A program made the translations under genes and the position numbers. A DNA stretch of 63,114 nucleotides, counting the filler, from Lenisia limosa (lineage: Eukaryota > Protista > Breviatea), in the NCBI GenBank assembly GCA_001655205.1. It is 8 parts of 8 records of this genome, joined end to end, with 100 filler letters (N's around TTAATTAATTAA, not from the genome) between each part and the next. Parts side by side here need not be neighbours in the genome. Positions count along the whole stretch, not along the records: positions 26,721 to 37,288 come from LPNZ01005503.1; positions 37,389 to 40,589 come from LPNZ01008069.1; 6 more parts are not named here. The stretch is one strand, 5' to 3'. Below are positions 27,351 to 40,300 of this stretch, piece by piece. The notes under the pieces were generated by a model that was given only the letters and a program-made list of their open reading frames with translations, had not been told where the DNA came from and ran no database searches. Position 1 is the first letter of the stretch. Each line of letters begins with the position of its first letter.

Positions 27351-30300
27351 TCAGGTTGTAGATTGGGTTAGGCAAATGCTTGAATGAGCGCCAATCATCC
27401 TGTGATGAGGGGCGATTCTCCTCAAATCTTCTTCTAATTCATCAATATGATGGCCTGATAATAACCAGTAAATTAGGGTAAGAAGGCCACTGGCATCGAC
27501 TTGAGACTCCTTAATGTTTTGGAAAATCCTATAATTTTCTTCAAATTTCCATAAAATATGGGATTCACATGGGAATTCCAACGTGAATTGTGATCGGTCT
27601 TTGTCGTTATCGTTTCCAGTGTTACGTATCAGTATAATTCAAGGACATCCGAGCATTCCGAGTATTCGTGCTTCTCATCTCAAGTGTCAATAAATAGTCC
27701 ACCAAAATAATATTATTTGGACAAATCGAGAGTTCATCCACTGTACAGGTTAGTTATCTCAACTCTTTATATAGCAACGACGTTAGTCTATCTTCAGAAA
27801 TGAGGTAATGATTAAGTCTTAAACCGGAGCCCAAATTGATAGAGTGACGTAAACATCAGAATTGTCTATTCTTCTTCCACTGTACACTAAATAATCATTG
27901 CGACGAGTCGTCCTCCTCATTGTCCGAACCTACATCGTGTCAATTAATGAACAGAATGACATATATACAATATATATCGGTAGTTCGGGGTAAGGGTGAA
28001 AAGGTGACGATTTACTAAAATTAGGCTCAATAGACACTCACTCCCCACAAATCCACCTCGGCGCATCAACTTATGATTCTTGTGAAAACGTTGGAATATC
28101 CATATTCTAATGGGAATCCCATGGAATTTTGTGGAATTTTGATTAAATTTATGGGATTACCAATATAATATAAGGGAATTTCAAGTCGCCCCCNNNNNNN
28201 NNNNNNNNNNNNNNNNNNNNNNNNNNNNNNNNNNNNNNNNNNNNNNNNNNNNNNNNNNNNNNNNNNNNNNNNNNNNNNNNNNNNNNNNNNNNNNNNNNNN
28301 NNNNNNNNNTACTGGTTGATATCTGCGGCTGCGTATAGTCTATGGGGTTAGGGCCCTTGTCATATAGTATCTTATATATATGTATTCGCTCTGATCCAGA
28401 GAATTACCTATAATACAGAAATATAGAAAATTCTGGATTTAATCATCATACAATGATCGTGATAAGTCGACCATTTTTCAATGGGAAATCAGATAGAAAA
28501 TCGGACGGTCAATGTATGTATTATTATTGATTATGTTAGTTCAGTCAATGTAGTAAAATAAGAAAACATGTTATAAATCAACAGAGTCTGAGTATAAAAC
28601 AAAATGCATTCAGTTTTGTGATTTCCTAGGCACGGGATTTATTCCTAAAATGACAATTAACAATAGACAACCCACTCTTTTCTATCGTGGTTTGAGAGGG
28701 GGGTGGGCGTAACGGTGACGGGAATTTCCAGTCGCTTTGTCTTGGGGTTGACCTTGTTTCTAAAACTTCAGAATCTGGAAACTCTTTTTTTGTTTGAAGT
28801 AGGGCTTCACTTCGGTTCGAAAAAAGACTGAATTTCTCAATAAATACTCGAAAACATCGATATTCTCCCGAACCGAAGTGAAGCCATACCGCTATATCCC
28901 ATTATATCAGAAAGCAAGTCCGGATAGATATGTCATTCCTATCGTATGTAGGGCTTCCCTACGCTCCGAAAAAGACTGTTAAAATATCGAAATTTATCGA
29001 GGATTTATCCAGAAATTCAGTCTTTTTTGGGACCGAAGGGGACAATTGAGTTTAAAAGGCATTGATATATCATATTTTTCTAGCCTCATATAATAAAATC
29101 AATGTGAGAAATAAATATCATAATCTGTTGAAGGATTATCGAAAATTCAATTATTTGTGAGAGCAAAAAGTAATGAAAAATTTCATGATGACAAAGCTTT
29201 AGATCTGTCCCCCCACAAAACAAAAAAAAAACAGAATATGAGGCCTCATCAGAAATGACCCACTTCAAGAAAAGGCAATCCGGTGGCGGGGTAATAGTCC
29301 ACTGATAGCCGTCTTCTCGTGCCGGGGGCCCTATGCCCTTGAGGGTATCCTGATTTGGTAAATAATTGCTCTTTCCAAATTTAAAATTTGGTTAGGGTAT
29401 CTAATATGGAAACTGTGTACTAACACAATCAAATGAAGGGAAAACAATGGCAGTGATGCCATCTTTTTCACAGGAAAAGGGTCTATGATTTCAAATTGGA
29501 CCGTCGTTGGAATTCCCTGTTTACTAAGTAGGAAGGTGTCGTGGATGGCGCAACCAAAATGGTTTGTAAGACGGTTTTCTTTATTNNNNNNNNNNNNNNN
29601 NNNNNNNNNNNNNNNNNNNNNNNNNNNNNNNNNNNNNNNNNNNNNNNNNNNNNNNNNNNNNNNNNNNNNGAAGGGAATTTCGTTGAAGAATAGCATTATT
29701 CACGAACCGAATAACCTGAAACTGTGGAAAAGTGAAAATAGGGAAATATATGTAACAAAAAAAAGCCCAAAATCATCTCTGTTGACTTACAACACATATA
29801 CGAGCGTTGGGAACAACAAACAAAACCCAGGCCAGTTACCACTATTGCATCCTATTAAAATATAAATTTGGCTTGCGTACCTTTAGGTTCGGGTAGGCCT
29901 TTGTTAGCTGCCTAAGCGGTTACACAAGGGGATGATTTTGATTTACTTGCACTTTTATAATCATAGTATCCACATTCTGAGAAAGGATGGTAATTTGTTT
30001 ATGGTATCCCTATGTATTTATTTGTTTCCCTAGATTTCAATGTATTTTTTTTGAAAAAAAAAAAGATAAAAATAGCCTCCTAACATATTGCATTTAGACA
30101 GTTCACATAGAAAAGCCAAAATAAATCCAATAATACCCCTTCTCCCATATTAGGAATACGGTCCCAAAAAAGACTGAATTTCTCGATTAATCCTCGATAA
30201 ATATCGATATTTGACATTTTAGAGCCGTAGAGCCCTACCCATACCACATATAGACACCCCCCGTACGATAACGCACTTCTCCTTGTGAGCCTCAAGAATC

Positions 30301-33300
30301 CGCATTTCAAACACCGCGTCGTGGCTTGTCATTTCTCCGGTCTCCGGGTCCTGAACCACTGTCGGAAACATATCGGGTGGTCGGGAGGATACGTCAATCT
30401 GGGGGGTTTAGATGTTTCAGATGGCAATCAGGGGGGGGGGGNNNNNNNNNNNNNNNNNNNNNNNNNNNNNNNNNNNNNNNNNNNNNNNNNNNNNNNNNNN
30501 NNNNNNNNNNNNNNNNNNNNNNACACGAGGGGTGATAACAACAAAGAAATTAAAGCCCAGGCCAGTCGCTTCATCAGAACCGCATCACACCAATACAGAT
30601 GTTTAAAATGTTAATTTTGGGTTATAGATTTATACACATATGATATATATAATACTATGATATTGAATTCCATTTACCCACCCCCTCTCCATTTCTCAGT
30701 AATCAATTCGCCAGTCCCTTTTGAATGTCCTAATTCATGAAAGGTGTGGAGTGAAAGCCCAAATTAATAGTGTATCACATTTAGGGCTTCAGTTTGGTTC
30801 AAAAAAGACTGAATTTATTGATAAATCCTCAAAAACTATCGATATGTTACCGGTCTTTTTCGAACCGAAGTGAACCCTGAATCACATTTGTTAACTTTCT
30901 CAGTAATAATTTCGGCCGTCCTCCCACTTTTTGAATGTTTTCCTTCATAAAAGACGGGTCGAATGGGTGGGGGTCCACACCCTTGTACCGCTTGCTGTTC
31001 GTTGTCGCTTCTGAGAGAGACTGTTTCTGGAGGGTAAGATATATTGCAATGAGAAATAAAAAACAAGGTTGTATCTGGCTGTTTATAAGAGATATTGAAT
31101 AATATTATCATATTAATTCACCCAATCATTTACCTTACAACTATAATTGATCCTCTGTGTGTGTGTGGGGGAGTGATTGATGTTTGAGAGAAGTAGAACT
31201 ATGGAAGAAAAATTGGAAAATATATATGTATGAAACACAAAAACAAAAAGCCCAAAATCACTCCGTTGGCTGACAACAACACATGAAGGTTGATAACAAC
31301 AAAACAAAGCCCAGGCCAGTCGCTTCAGCAGCACAGCATCCCANNNNNNNNNNNNNNNNNNNNNNNNNNNNNNNNNNNNNNNNNNNNNNNNNNNNNNNNN
31401 NNNNNNATTGAAAATATATTCAACAAAAAACCTAGAATCAACTCTGCTGGTTTATTGTTGAATATACATATTTTCTATTTTTACTCGTTTAAACGAGAAA
31501 TAAAAAAATAAGCTTATATCTGGCCGAAGCCAGTATAAGGGAAGGGGGTGTGACGTACCTTGAAAGCAGCCTCATTGTCTTTATTGGAGTGAACGTCATC
31601 GTAAATGTCCATTACAGAGTCCCCAAAAACGGTCCTCTCATCGGAGACCGTGTGGAGGAGCATGTGCGCTACTCCCTCGTCTGTTTCCCTGCCAAGTTGA
31701 GAAAATAATTAACTTCTATGCGCAAGGCAATCGTAAATCTTTGGCCTCCGTGCGAGAAGTCTTTAAATTGGCAAAATTAGAAATCAAGTGTCTGAAAAGA
31801 AGTTTTCGTTAAAATATGTTCCACGTCAAATTGTGAGTAGATACCACCTTGTTTTATTTCTCATCTCTACATACTACACCAAATATACTACAATATTGTT
31901 CTAAAAAAAAGTATTATGACAACAAATGTCAGAACCAGGTGCTTTACTCATTCTGATCTTGTAACACCCCACATCCGACAGAGACATTGGTAGTTCAATT
32001 AATACCCCCTTTGCAATACACCAACATCATCCTCCAACATACCTCATAACCGCAAGATGCTGTATTGTACGCCCGTCATTCATCTTGATCTTATAGTCCA
32101 CAATATCCTTAGACTTCTTCGACAAATAAGACACCCTGAAGTGATAAATATTCTAAACATATGGCAACAATTTACGTTTGTTTTTCATAAAACACATATA
32201 ATCTCATATAATTACGCACCAACACCAGCAATATCATTATACATTTGAGATAGTATTAATTATATGATATGTTTTTCAAGGTATTTTATAAAACTCAACA
32301 AAAAAGTCCAGCCCACAAATCGGTGCTGCCATATCGCGCTGCATGGAGGATGACTGTAGCCCTAGAATTCGTGATAAAAACAGGTTATTTCGAGTCATAC
32401 TGCAACTGTATCCCAAGAATTACGGCAACCTTATACCCGAACCAACCTCATATCATACCCCCACCTATACAAGATAATATATCATATAGAATTAGGGCTT
32501 CACTTCGGTTCGAAAAAGACTGATATAATATCGATAGTTTTCGAGGATTTATCGAAAAATTCAGTCTTTTTAGTGAAACCCTATATATTATACATATTAT
32601 ATTCTACCCCATGATTGAGCATATTATACTATGAGTATATACTAGATTATAAAACCCATCGGCAATGAGAAATAATAAAAAAGGTTGTATCNNNNNNNNN
32701 NNNNNNNNNNNNNNNNNNNNNNNNNNNNNNNNNNNNNNNCAACTCTCTGCACAGCTTTCTGCCTCCCCAGCATACATATGGTAGATATATTATACATTTT
32801 ATATGATAAAAAGTAATAACGCCACCTCCCACCCCGAGATATCCTGACGATTAAGATCAGCACCATGGCTTGCAAGAAGCCTCAAAATGGGCAAGTTACT
32901 GAGAAGTGAGAAAAGCGAGTCTTTAAAACAAAGTTGTTTCTGTCAAAGGAAAATAAAGAGGGGTTTCATTTAAAGAGAAACTGAATAATTATCGAAGAAT
33001 AGGCCTTCCTTGAAGCGATTCACTTTCCCTTAAAGTTGATTCAGTGTTTTATTTTGTCTTTCATAAACACCATTTTACCTCATAACCTTGATTTTATAAC
33101 CTTGATTTTGGGCTTTGTTACCNNNNNNNNNNNNNNNNNNNNNNNNNNNNNNNNNNNNNNNNNNNNNNNNNNNNNNNNNNNNNNNNNNNNNNNNNNNNNN
33201 NNNNNNNNNNNNNNNNNNNNNNNNNNNNNNNNNNNNNNNNNNNNNNNNNNNNNNNNNNNNATTGTTCATCAATTTCCATTTCGCCTCACAACTGATTTTT

Positions 33301-35480
33301 TTTTTCCCCACATTATTCACCCAACCTGTGAGAAGCTGCTACATGAGCAGGGGTCTGCAGAAGGTGGTCAATGGCGTTAACGTCCGCGTTATTTGCTACT
33401 AGCATCCTAGGAAATTAGTACGCCAATTGGTATGATATGTTATCATTAGGGTGCAGCAGCCGCAATTAATTTTTTAAACAATTTTTTCCATCTCTGCAAT
33501 TAATTGGCAATTGCCAATTAATTACATAATATATAAATTGGTAATTAAGGCAATTAATTGCAATTAATTTATTTAAATCCGTATTTTTCGCTGGACACAA
33601 TCTTTGTTATTAAAATTGATCCTTAAAGCCCGTTTTTTTTGTTTTTTTTAAGCAAGGAAAGATATATTTTAAACATATTATATGATAGGCATATCGATAT
33701 AGTATAATATAATATTATATCGATATGTAATATCGACACATACAGTAACCAGGATAAGTCTTGACCGATTTGCTATATGACATCTCAAGAAAAATCGGTC
33801 AACGCTTATCCCGGTCCCTGTATATTATATTATATTAACTCCCCCCCCCCACTGCGCCACCGTAAGCTGTCCCGTGCCGGCTGCGACATGGAGGGCTGTC
33901 CAGCCGTCACAATTGCGCGTGTTTACGTCGGCGCGAGTCACTGTGCGTCCGTTGGATTGGATTCCTGGGGGCGGAGGTTGGACAGTTTATAAAATAAAAA
34001 AAGCCCAAATCAACTTGGTTGGCTGACAACACACGCGGGTTGATAAATTTACTTATACATGTATATCTTTATATCTGTATATATATTATATATTAAACTG
34101 CATTATTTTGTGTTAAATATTCACGTACCATTAATGAGGAAATGTGCAACGTCGTAATTGCCAGTCAGAGCAGCCAAATGGAGCATTGTGTCGTTTCTCC
34201 CTGAAAAAGGCTGGTAGAGGATTGACGGCGCTGCGTGTGATATGGCCATGAACCTGGAGGAGGGCGGAGTAAAACAAAGGACATTTCGATGAAGAAGTAA
34301 AATTTGACAATTAATGAAACAAAAAAGCCCGAAATCATTTCTCTTGTCTGACAATACATGAGAGGTGATAACAATAAAACAAAGCCCAAGCCAGTCGCTT
34401 CTGCGGCACCGCACCCCATCGCTCCAGCGTACGTGGAAAATTGATGAAACAAAACAAAACCCGGATTCAACTGTCTTGGCTAAGTTGTTGGAAAACACTC
34501 AAGTAAGAGCGGGGGTAAATTGGAAAATTAATCAAACAAAAAGCCCAAATCAATGACAATAAGGTGGAGAGAGGNNNNNNNNNNAATATAGTAATATATA
34601 TCATATATGTACATGTATATATATATAGATATATATATATATATGATATATATATACTATATATACAGTGACCGTGACCGTGATGTGATTTCCCAAGGAA
34701 ATAGGTCAAGACTTATCCCGGTAACTGTATACTATATATATGCATATAATATATAATATATTATATGATATGTAAAGAATGACATTACAAAATTTTTATA
34801 ATTATAAAAGAGTACACACACGTTATACTACATTATATATATATATGTAGTATTACGTGTGTGTACTCTTTTGGCTGACAACAAGGTAGTGGAGAGGGTG
34901 TTTGGTGTGTGTGAAAATGGTATTTAAAGCAAAACGAAAAGCAAAAAAAAAAAAATGTAGGGAGGGGGGGGACCAACCTATCGAGGTCATTGCTGAAGAT
35001 TGCTTCAGCAGCCTGACCTATAAACTTCTCCATCATCAACTCAACTGAAAGTGTAAATTAACATTTGAGTTTCAGTTTCTGTTCCAAAAAGAAGCCTGAA
35101 GATAAATCCTCGATATCCTAGAAAAATACTCCATAAATCCTCGATTCCTAGATAAATACAATTGCAGTTCAATCAAAGCAGAGTGAAACCAAACCCCATC
35201 CCCAGAGTACTCTGACACTGCAGGCAGAGCTTGACATGCCAAGCCCCCTCCCTCCGAGGCTACCATCCCTCTCCAACCTTGAATGAGGGCTTAGCCTCTG
35301 TTGAGGATGGAAATGGAGCTGAGAGCCTGCGGGAGCCTTGTTTACACTGCCAAAGTCAAAGTTGGTGTCTTTAGCCGTTCTTTATAAGTCTCCTAGAGCA
35401 AGAAGGTGAATAGAACCTGACGGAAGAGCAGGGCTATAAAGGAGGCACCCTGATCGATTGGGTTCCGCGAGGACTGTGGG
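27351..35480 (-). CDS. Ankyrin-repeat protein with unrecognised C-terminal region (both ends approximate)
   Basis: Exons RNDTMLHLAALTGNYDVAHFLING, ADVNTRNCDGWTALHVAAGTGQLT, NADVNAIDHLLQTPAHVAASH, NLPILRLLASHGADLNRQDIS and DGRTIQHLAVM. Further minus-strand exons continue down to about 27351. Confidence 0.85.
28800..28888. mobile_element. MITE M1a copy
   Basis: TAGGGCTTCACTTCGGTTCG...CGAACCGAAGTGAAGCCATA. Confidence 0.8.
28949..29041. mobile_element. MITE M1b copy (variant TIR)
   Basis: TAGGGCTTCCCTACGCTCCGAAAAAGACTG...CAGTCTTTTTTGGGACCGAAGGG; same core as M1a. Confidence 0.75.
30782..30880. mobile_element. MITE M1a copy with perfect 8-bp TSD
   Basis: ATCACATT at 30774-30781 and 30881-30888 flanks TAGGGCTTCAG...GAAGTGAACCCTGA. 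Confidence 0.9.
32493..32583. mobile_element. MITE M1a copy
   Basis: TAGGGCTTCACTTCGGTTCGAAAAAGAC...AGTGAAACCCTA; flanks TATAGAAT/TATATTAT (6/8 match). Confidence 0.8.
33743..33820. mobile_element. MITE family M2 (Tc1/mariner-like, TA-flanked); further copies at 34666-34727, 37160-37234 and 61492-61566
   Basis: TA|CAGTAACC(A/G)GGATAAGTCTTGACCGATTT...AAATCGGTCAA(C/G)(G/A)CTTATCCCGGT(C/A)(C/A)CTG|TA. Confidence 0.85.
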
Positions 35481-35692
35481 GGGGGGGCTCTTATTGAGAG
35501 CTAATATCTATTTATAATTATTATTATTTTATTATTAATTTATTAAGACACTAAAGTAGGGTGAATGTAGGGAAAATGTTGGGAAACGGAGATTGTGGGC
35601 CTGGCGCTTAATTTTCACGAGAGGCGTTCGCGTACCAAGATCAAGATTGCTTTTTATTTTTTTCTCACTCTTTCTGCTCTTTTCTTTTCAAA

Positions 35693-36474
35693 ATGGCACG
35701 TAATGAGGAGAAAGCACATGCCATGCTTAATAGGTACATCAAAATGAAAATGACCGAGGAGGGGAAGCTCCAGGCGCCTAAAAAGAGGTTTGGAGGCGCT
35801 AACGTTGTGGTAATCCTTCAGGCCAAAGCATACGCAGGAGTCTGAGTCCCTGACAGAGAGCGAAAGATGGCGTAATGAGGTTTTGAAGGTTAGCTGCTTT
35901 CCTTGTGACCTCCTTTGGCCTCTTATCGCTATTTGGGCTTGTCTTACGGATTCAGGACATTGCTGACAAAGTTGTGCTTATCCAGTACGCTGATGCCATG
36001 GACGAAGCTGACATCAGGAAGCTGAATGATGATATTAATAAGTTGATCAGGTTAGCTTATATAGGGATTCTTATGGTGTTATAAACGTGATTGAGTTTAT
36101 CTTGTCATCCACTACTCTTTTCTATGATTGTTCAATTCCTCTTGTTTATTCCATAGGTTTTTTCAATCACTTTGTTTGACTTGCCCCTTTCTTCTTTGTT
36201 GTCTTCTTTTTCTTCTTCTTTTTCTTCTTCTCCCTCATTCTTCTATTCTCTCCTATCCTCTCTGATTGGTTCGTAACTGTTTGATTTTTGTGCTATTTCA
36301 GGGGTTTGTTTGGTTTGGAGTTATTGAATTTTGTTCACTATTCTGCATCGAGTTGTTTTTCGTTTTCCCCCTCATGACCCTATTTTAGAGAAAAGTGGTT
36401 TTGGGAGAAGAGAATCATTGAGCAAAACGGACCCGATTTCACCGTAAGCATGAGCTTCCTTAAAGACCGATACA
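35693..36474 (+). CDS. ISY1: Pre-mRNA splicing factor ISY1 (N-terminal conserved part; remainder not resolved before contig end)
   Basis: MARNEEKAHAMLNRY...KR|PKHTQESESLTESERWRNEVLK|DIADKVVLIQY...DIRKLNDDINKLIR|EKWFWEKRIIEQNGPDF. Confidence 0.93.
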
Positions 36475-36538
36475 ATATTGATAAGAAGAAGTATCGATCA
36501 AATATTAACATGATATCTATACTTTTTTAACTTGTGAC

Positions 36539-36637
36539 TAGGGCTTCAATTGGGTTCGAAACCCCCAGGAAAATATCGATAGTGTTAAAGGAATTATCAT
36601 GAAATTCAGTCTTTTTTCGAACAGAAATGAAGCCCTA
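36539..36637. mobile_element. MITE M1a copy in an ISY1 intron
   Basis: TAGGGCTTCAATTGGGTTCGAAA...TTTTCGAACAGAAATGAAGCCCTA. Confidence 0.8.
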
Positions 36638-37288
36638 GTACTGACACAATTGACTGAAGACAAAGCTCAAATATTTGTGTCAGGGCTTATCGCGGACAGT
36701 GTATATCATATACCGATATGGATAAGAGGTTTAATAAATTGTCTCCGAGCTTCATTTCGGGTAACAAAATATAAATTATCAATAGATACCCAGAATTTCG
36801 TCTTCAGAACCTAGGCGAAGCAAGACTTATATTTTTCATATCTACGTATCATATAAGGACCACCAAAGTCGCAGAGGTTTTTTTTTTGTTTTGTTGTTCT
36901 CAACCCCCGTGTGTTTTCTGTCATCCAACATAGTTNNNNNNNNNNNNNNNNNNNNNNNNNNNNNNNNNNNNNNNNNNNNNNNNNNNNNNNNNNNNNNNNN
37001 NNNNNNNNNNNNNNNNNNNNNNNNNNNNNNNNNNNNNNNNNNNNNNNNNNNNNNNNNNNNNNNNNNNNNNNNNNNNNNNAAGAAGGGATTCGGCCGTTAT
37101 AAGTGGGAGGGGGGTTGCGAGTGTATTTAATGGGGGTGTTATTTGTATGTGTATGTGTGCAGTGGCCGGGATAAGTCTTGGCCGATTTGCAATATGATTT
37201 CCCAATGAGAATGGGGCACTTTTCGGTGTCACTGTATACACGGGGAGGGTAATAAGAAAGAAAGAGAGATTCCAATACCCCCCCCCCC

Positions 37289-37388
37289 NNNNNNNNNNNN
37301 NNNNNNNNNNNNNNNNNNNNNNNNNNNNNNNNTTAATTAATTAANNNNNNNNNNNNNNNNNNNNNNNNNNNNNNNNNNNNNNNNNNNN
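37289..37388. other. Artificial contig spacer 3
   Basis: 44 N + TTAATTAATTAA + 44 N. Confidence 0.98.
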
Positions 37389-40300
37389 ATCGCATAAATC
37401 CGAGCCGCTCCAGCCAGTTCGTCTCGAGCTGAAGTTCAAAGACCAAAAAATCTTGCCGTCACAAAAGTCGTCGCATAATACCCCAGGTACTTTCGGTGGA
37501 CTTTGTTATAAAACTTGGAAACCACAAAAATTTCATCAGTTTTCGATTTTTACCTCCCTCCCCCCTTTGTTTTTTGTTTGGAGTTTCAGATTATTCGGTC
37601 ATCGAAATTTCCTTCGTTTTACACCCCCCCCNNNNNNNNNNNNNNNNNNNNNNNNNNNNNNNNNNNNNNNNNNNNNNNNNNNNNNNNNNNNNNNNNNNNN
37701 NNNNNNNNNNNNNNNNNNNNNNNNNNNNNNNNNNNNNNNNNNNNNNNNNNNNNNNNNNNNNNNNNNNNNNNNNNNNNNNNNNNNNNNNNNNNNNNNNNNN
37801 NNNNNNNNNNNNNNNNNNNNNNNNNNATCTCAAAATGGCCGTCTTGAACCTTCAAATAGTATTCTTGAAACAATGGAGACTTCTGCTGAAACTATCGAGG
37901 ATCAAAATGAAAATCTCGACGCCCTTGAATCGCCTGGAAGACATGGTGACAATAAAACGGAATGTGACCGTCCTCCGTTGGCCCCAGTCACAAGTGCCTT
38001 GCAAGAACCGCGCAATGTAACCGTCCGATATGTTGCAAAGGAGCCCATAACCATTGAACAGACCACTGATGGTATGCTGTTGTTTCTGCTGTTTAAATTT
38101 TATCGCATCGTTGATTTTTTTAATATTATTATTTTTAAAATTTTTTTTTTATTTTTTTGTGTGTGTTCTTGAGTTCTGACCCCATCCCTCCATTTAAATG
38201 AGTATCCTCAACAATCCAATATCGCTTATGGTATGGACAACTTCTGGCAGATCTTCCTTTTCATACTTGAATGGTAATTTTAGGGCTCCGTGCAATTAAT
38301 TTTTTGAAGAAATTAATTGACAGAAATTAAAGGGTCTGTAATTGAGTTTACATTCCATTTAGGGCTTGGCTTCACTTCGGTATAAAATTTTTGAGGATTT
38401 ATCGAGATACAGCCGTTTTTTGAACCGAAGTGAAGCCCTACTTCCAATATGTCCAACTTCAAATTCTCCAATTTTATTTTTTCAGTTAATTGCACGGAGC
38501 CCTAGTAATTTCCTTTTCCAAACATATTCCATATTACGATTTTGGAGTGAGTATAATAGAAACCCCCCCCCCTCCAGAACCTTCTGTCACGCATCACCTC
38601 CCGAACCCCGACACTTCCCGGGTTCCCATCAATCTACCCACGACTGCCAACGTCACATCAGAAGTTGTCACTTCCGACGCGCACGCTCAGCGCGAAACCA
38701 CGCCACCCCTCATCACTCCCGGTTCCTCCATTATCACTCCCGGGGCCCCCGGGGACCTTCTCCCCTCCAAAAGCTCCGGAGAGTTATCGGCTTCAAAGAT
38801 CAGCGATCAAATGTCGTCGTTTGCCAAAGCAGATAGTTCAGGGTCCCCCTACACGGAAAGCCCCGAAAACGGAAGTCCTTTTCCCGGCCAGGGCGTATTA
38901 CCGCTTTTCGTGTCGGCTAGTTCAGTTCTTCCGACTGTTAGCTGCCAGTCTGCCAATCGGGATGATGCGCGGAATAACGATCATAAATATCTAGGAAGCT
39001 CGAATGAAGTTGATCTGTCGATCTTAGAAGATGAGAAAACCCCGTACACGGTCCACAATAGGGGTGTACCTCTCTTCACAACAAGCCATGACAAACCAGA
39101 GTCGATTTCGAGGCTACAGAGACCCCCAAGAATTGTAAAATCCGATTTGTCTAAGGCTGATGATTTGTCCGTCTCTGCTGAGGTCCCGCGACCCAATTTG
39201 CCTGGAGGCGAGGAACTGGTCCCGACTTCTTGTTCCAAAACTTTAGAAAAGACGGGTTTAGATACTCCCTCTTTTGCCAAAGCATCTTTAAACACCCCGT
39301 CATTCTCAAAAGCATCCACAAAAATCAACTGTAGTCCCGTACCGCCCACACCCTTCACCAGGCCCCGCCCATCAAAGCCCAAGTCCGAAACGCCAACCCA
39401 GGACGGGCTCACTCCATCCTTCAACACACCTTCGCTCTCCTCACGTCTGAGCCCCCCAGATAACCTTGTCGTGTCCCCTCGGGGACCCCGGCAGCTCTTT
39501 AGTAAGGCTCGGTTTCATCACACTTCCGGCCGCCTAGCTCAGGACGCACGAATGCCTGCAGGAATGGCGTCGTTCGCGTCGGCGTCGACGTTGCCGCTAG
39601 ACCTGAATAAGGAGAACGTCGAGAGTAAGCAAAGCAATCACAAGGATCAAGATCTGGATGAGAAGATTGGAGAGATCGGGTCTGGAGGTTTTAACACCCC
39701 GAAATTCTCAAGTGCGTATCATACCAAGGTGAGAGGGGTGGTGTATTTCTGTGGCAGAAAGACATTCAATGAAAAAGCTTTTTTTTTTTTTTTCAAATAT
39801 CAGCCAAATATCTTTCTTTGGCAAGAAAGTATATTTTAATGCCAAGGTTGGAACTTCACTTTCGGTTCCATAAGACATGTAAAGTAGCAATCTTTTTTTA
39901 TATACTATATACTATAACAGGAATTGATGCTCTTTGTTATAGTTTACAACCACCCAATATTACCAAGTTAATATTCCAGACTCCCACTTCCGCAACCGCC
40001 GTGAAGACAAACCATCTTGCCTCTGTGGGTTGAGGTTTTTTTACCATCTTGCCTCTGTGGGTTGAGGTTTTTTTACCAATTTGTTGTGGGTTGAGGTTTC
40101 CTTGCCATCTTGGCGGGTTGAGGATTCCTTTGCCACCTTGCCTCTGTGGGTTGAGGNNNNNNNNNNNNNNNNNNNNNNNNNNNNNNNNNNNNNNNNNNNN
40201 NNNNNNNNNNNNNNNNNNNNNNNNNNNNNNNNNNNNNNNNNNNNNNNNNNNNNNNNNNNNNNNNNNNNNCTTTCGTTTCGGCATACAAGAAGTATTTGTC

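Noticed and set aside
36545-36570. tRNA or Pol III B-box (GGTTCGAAACC)
   Set aside because: It is part of the M1 MITE TIR; there is no A-box or cloverleaf, and other copies read GGTTCGAAAA.
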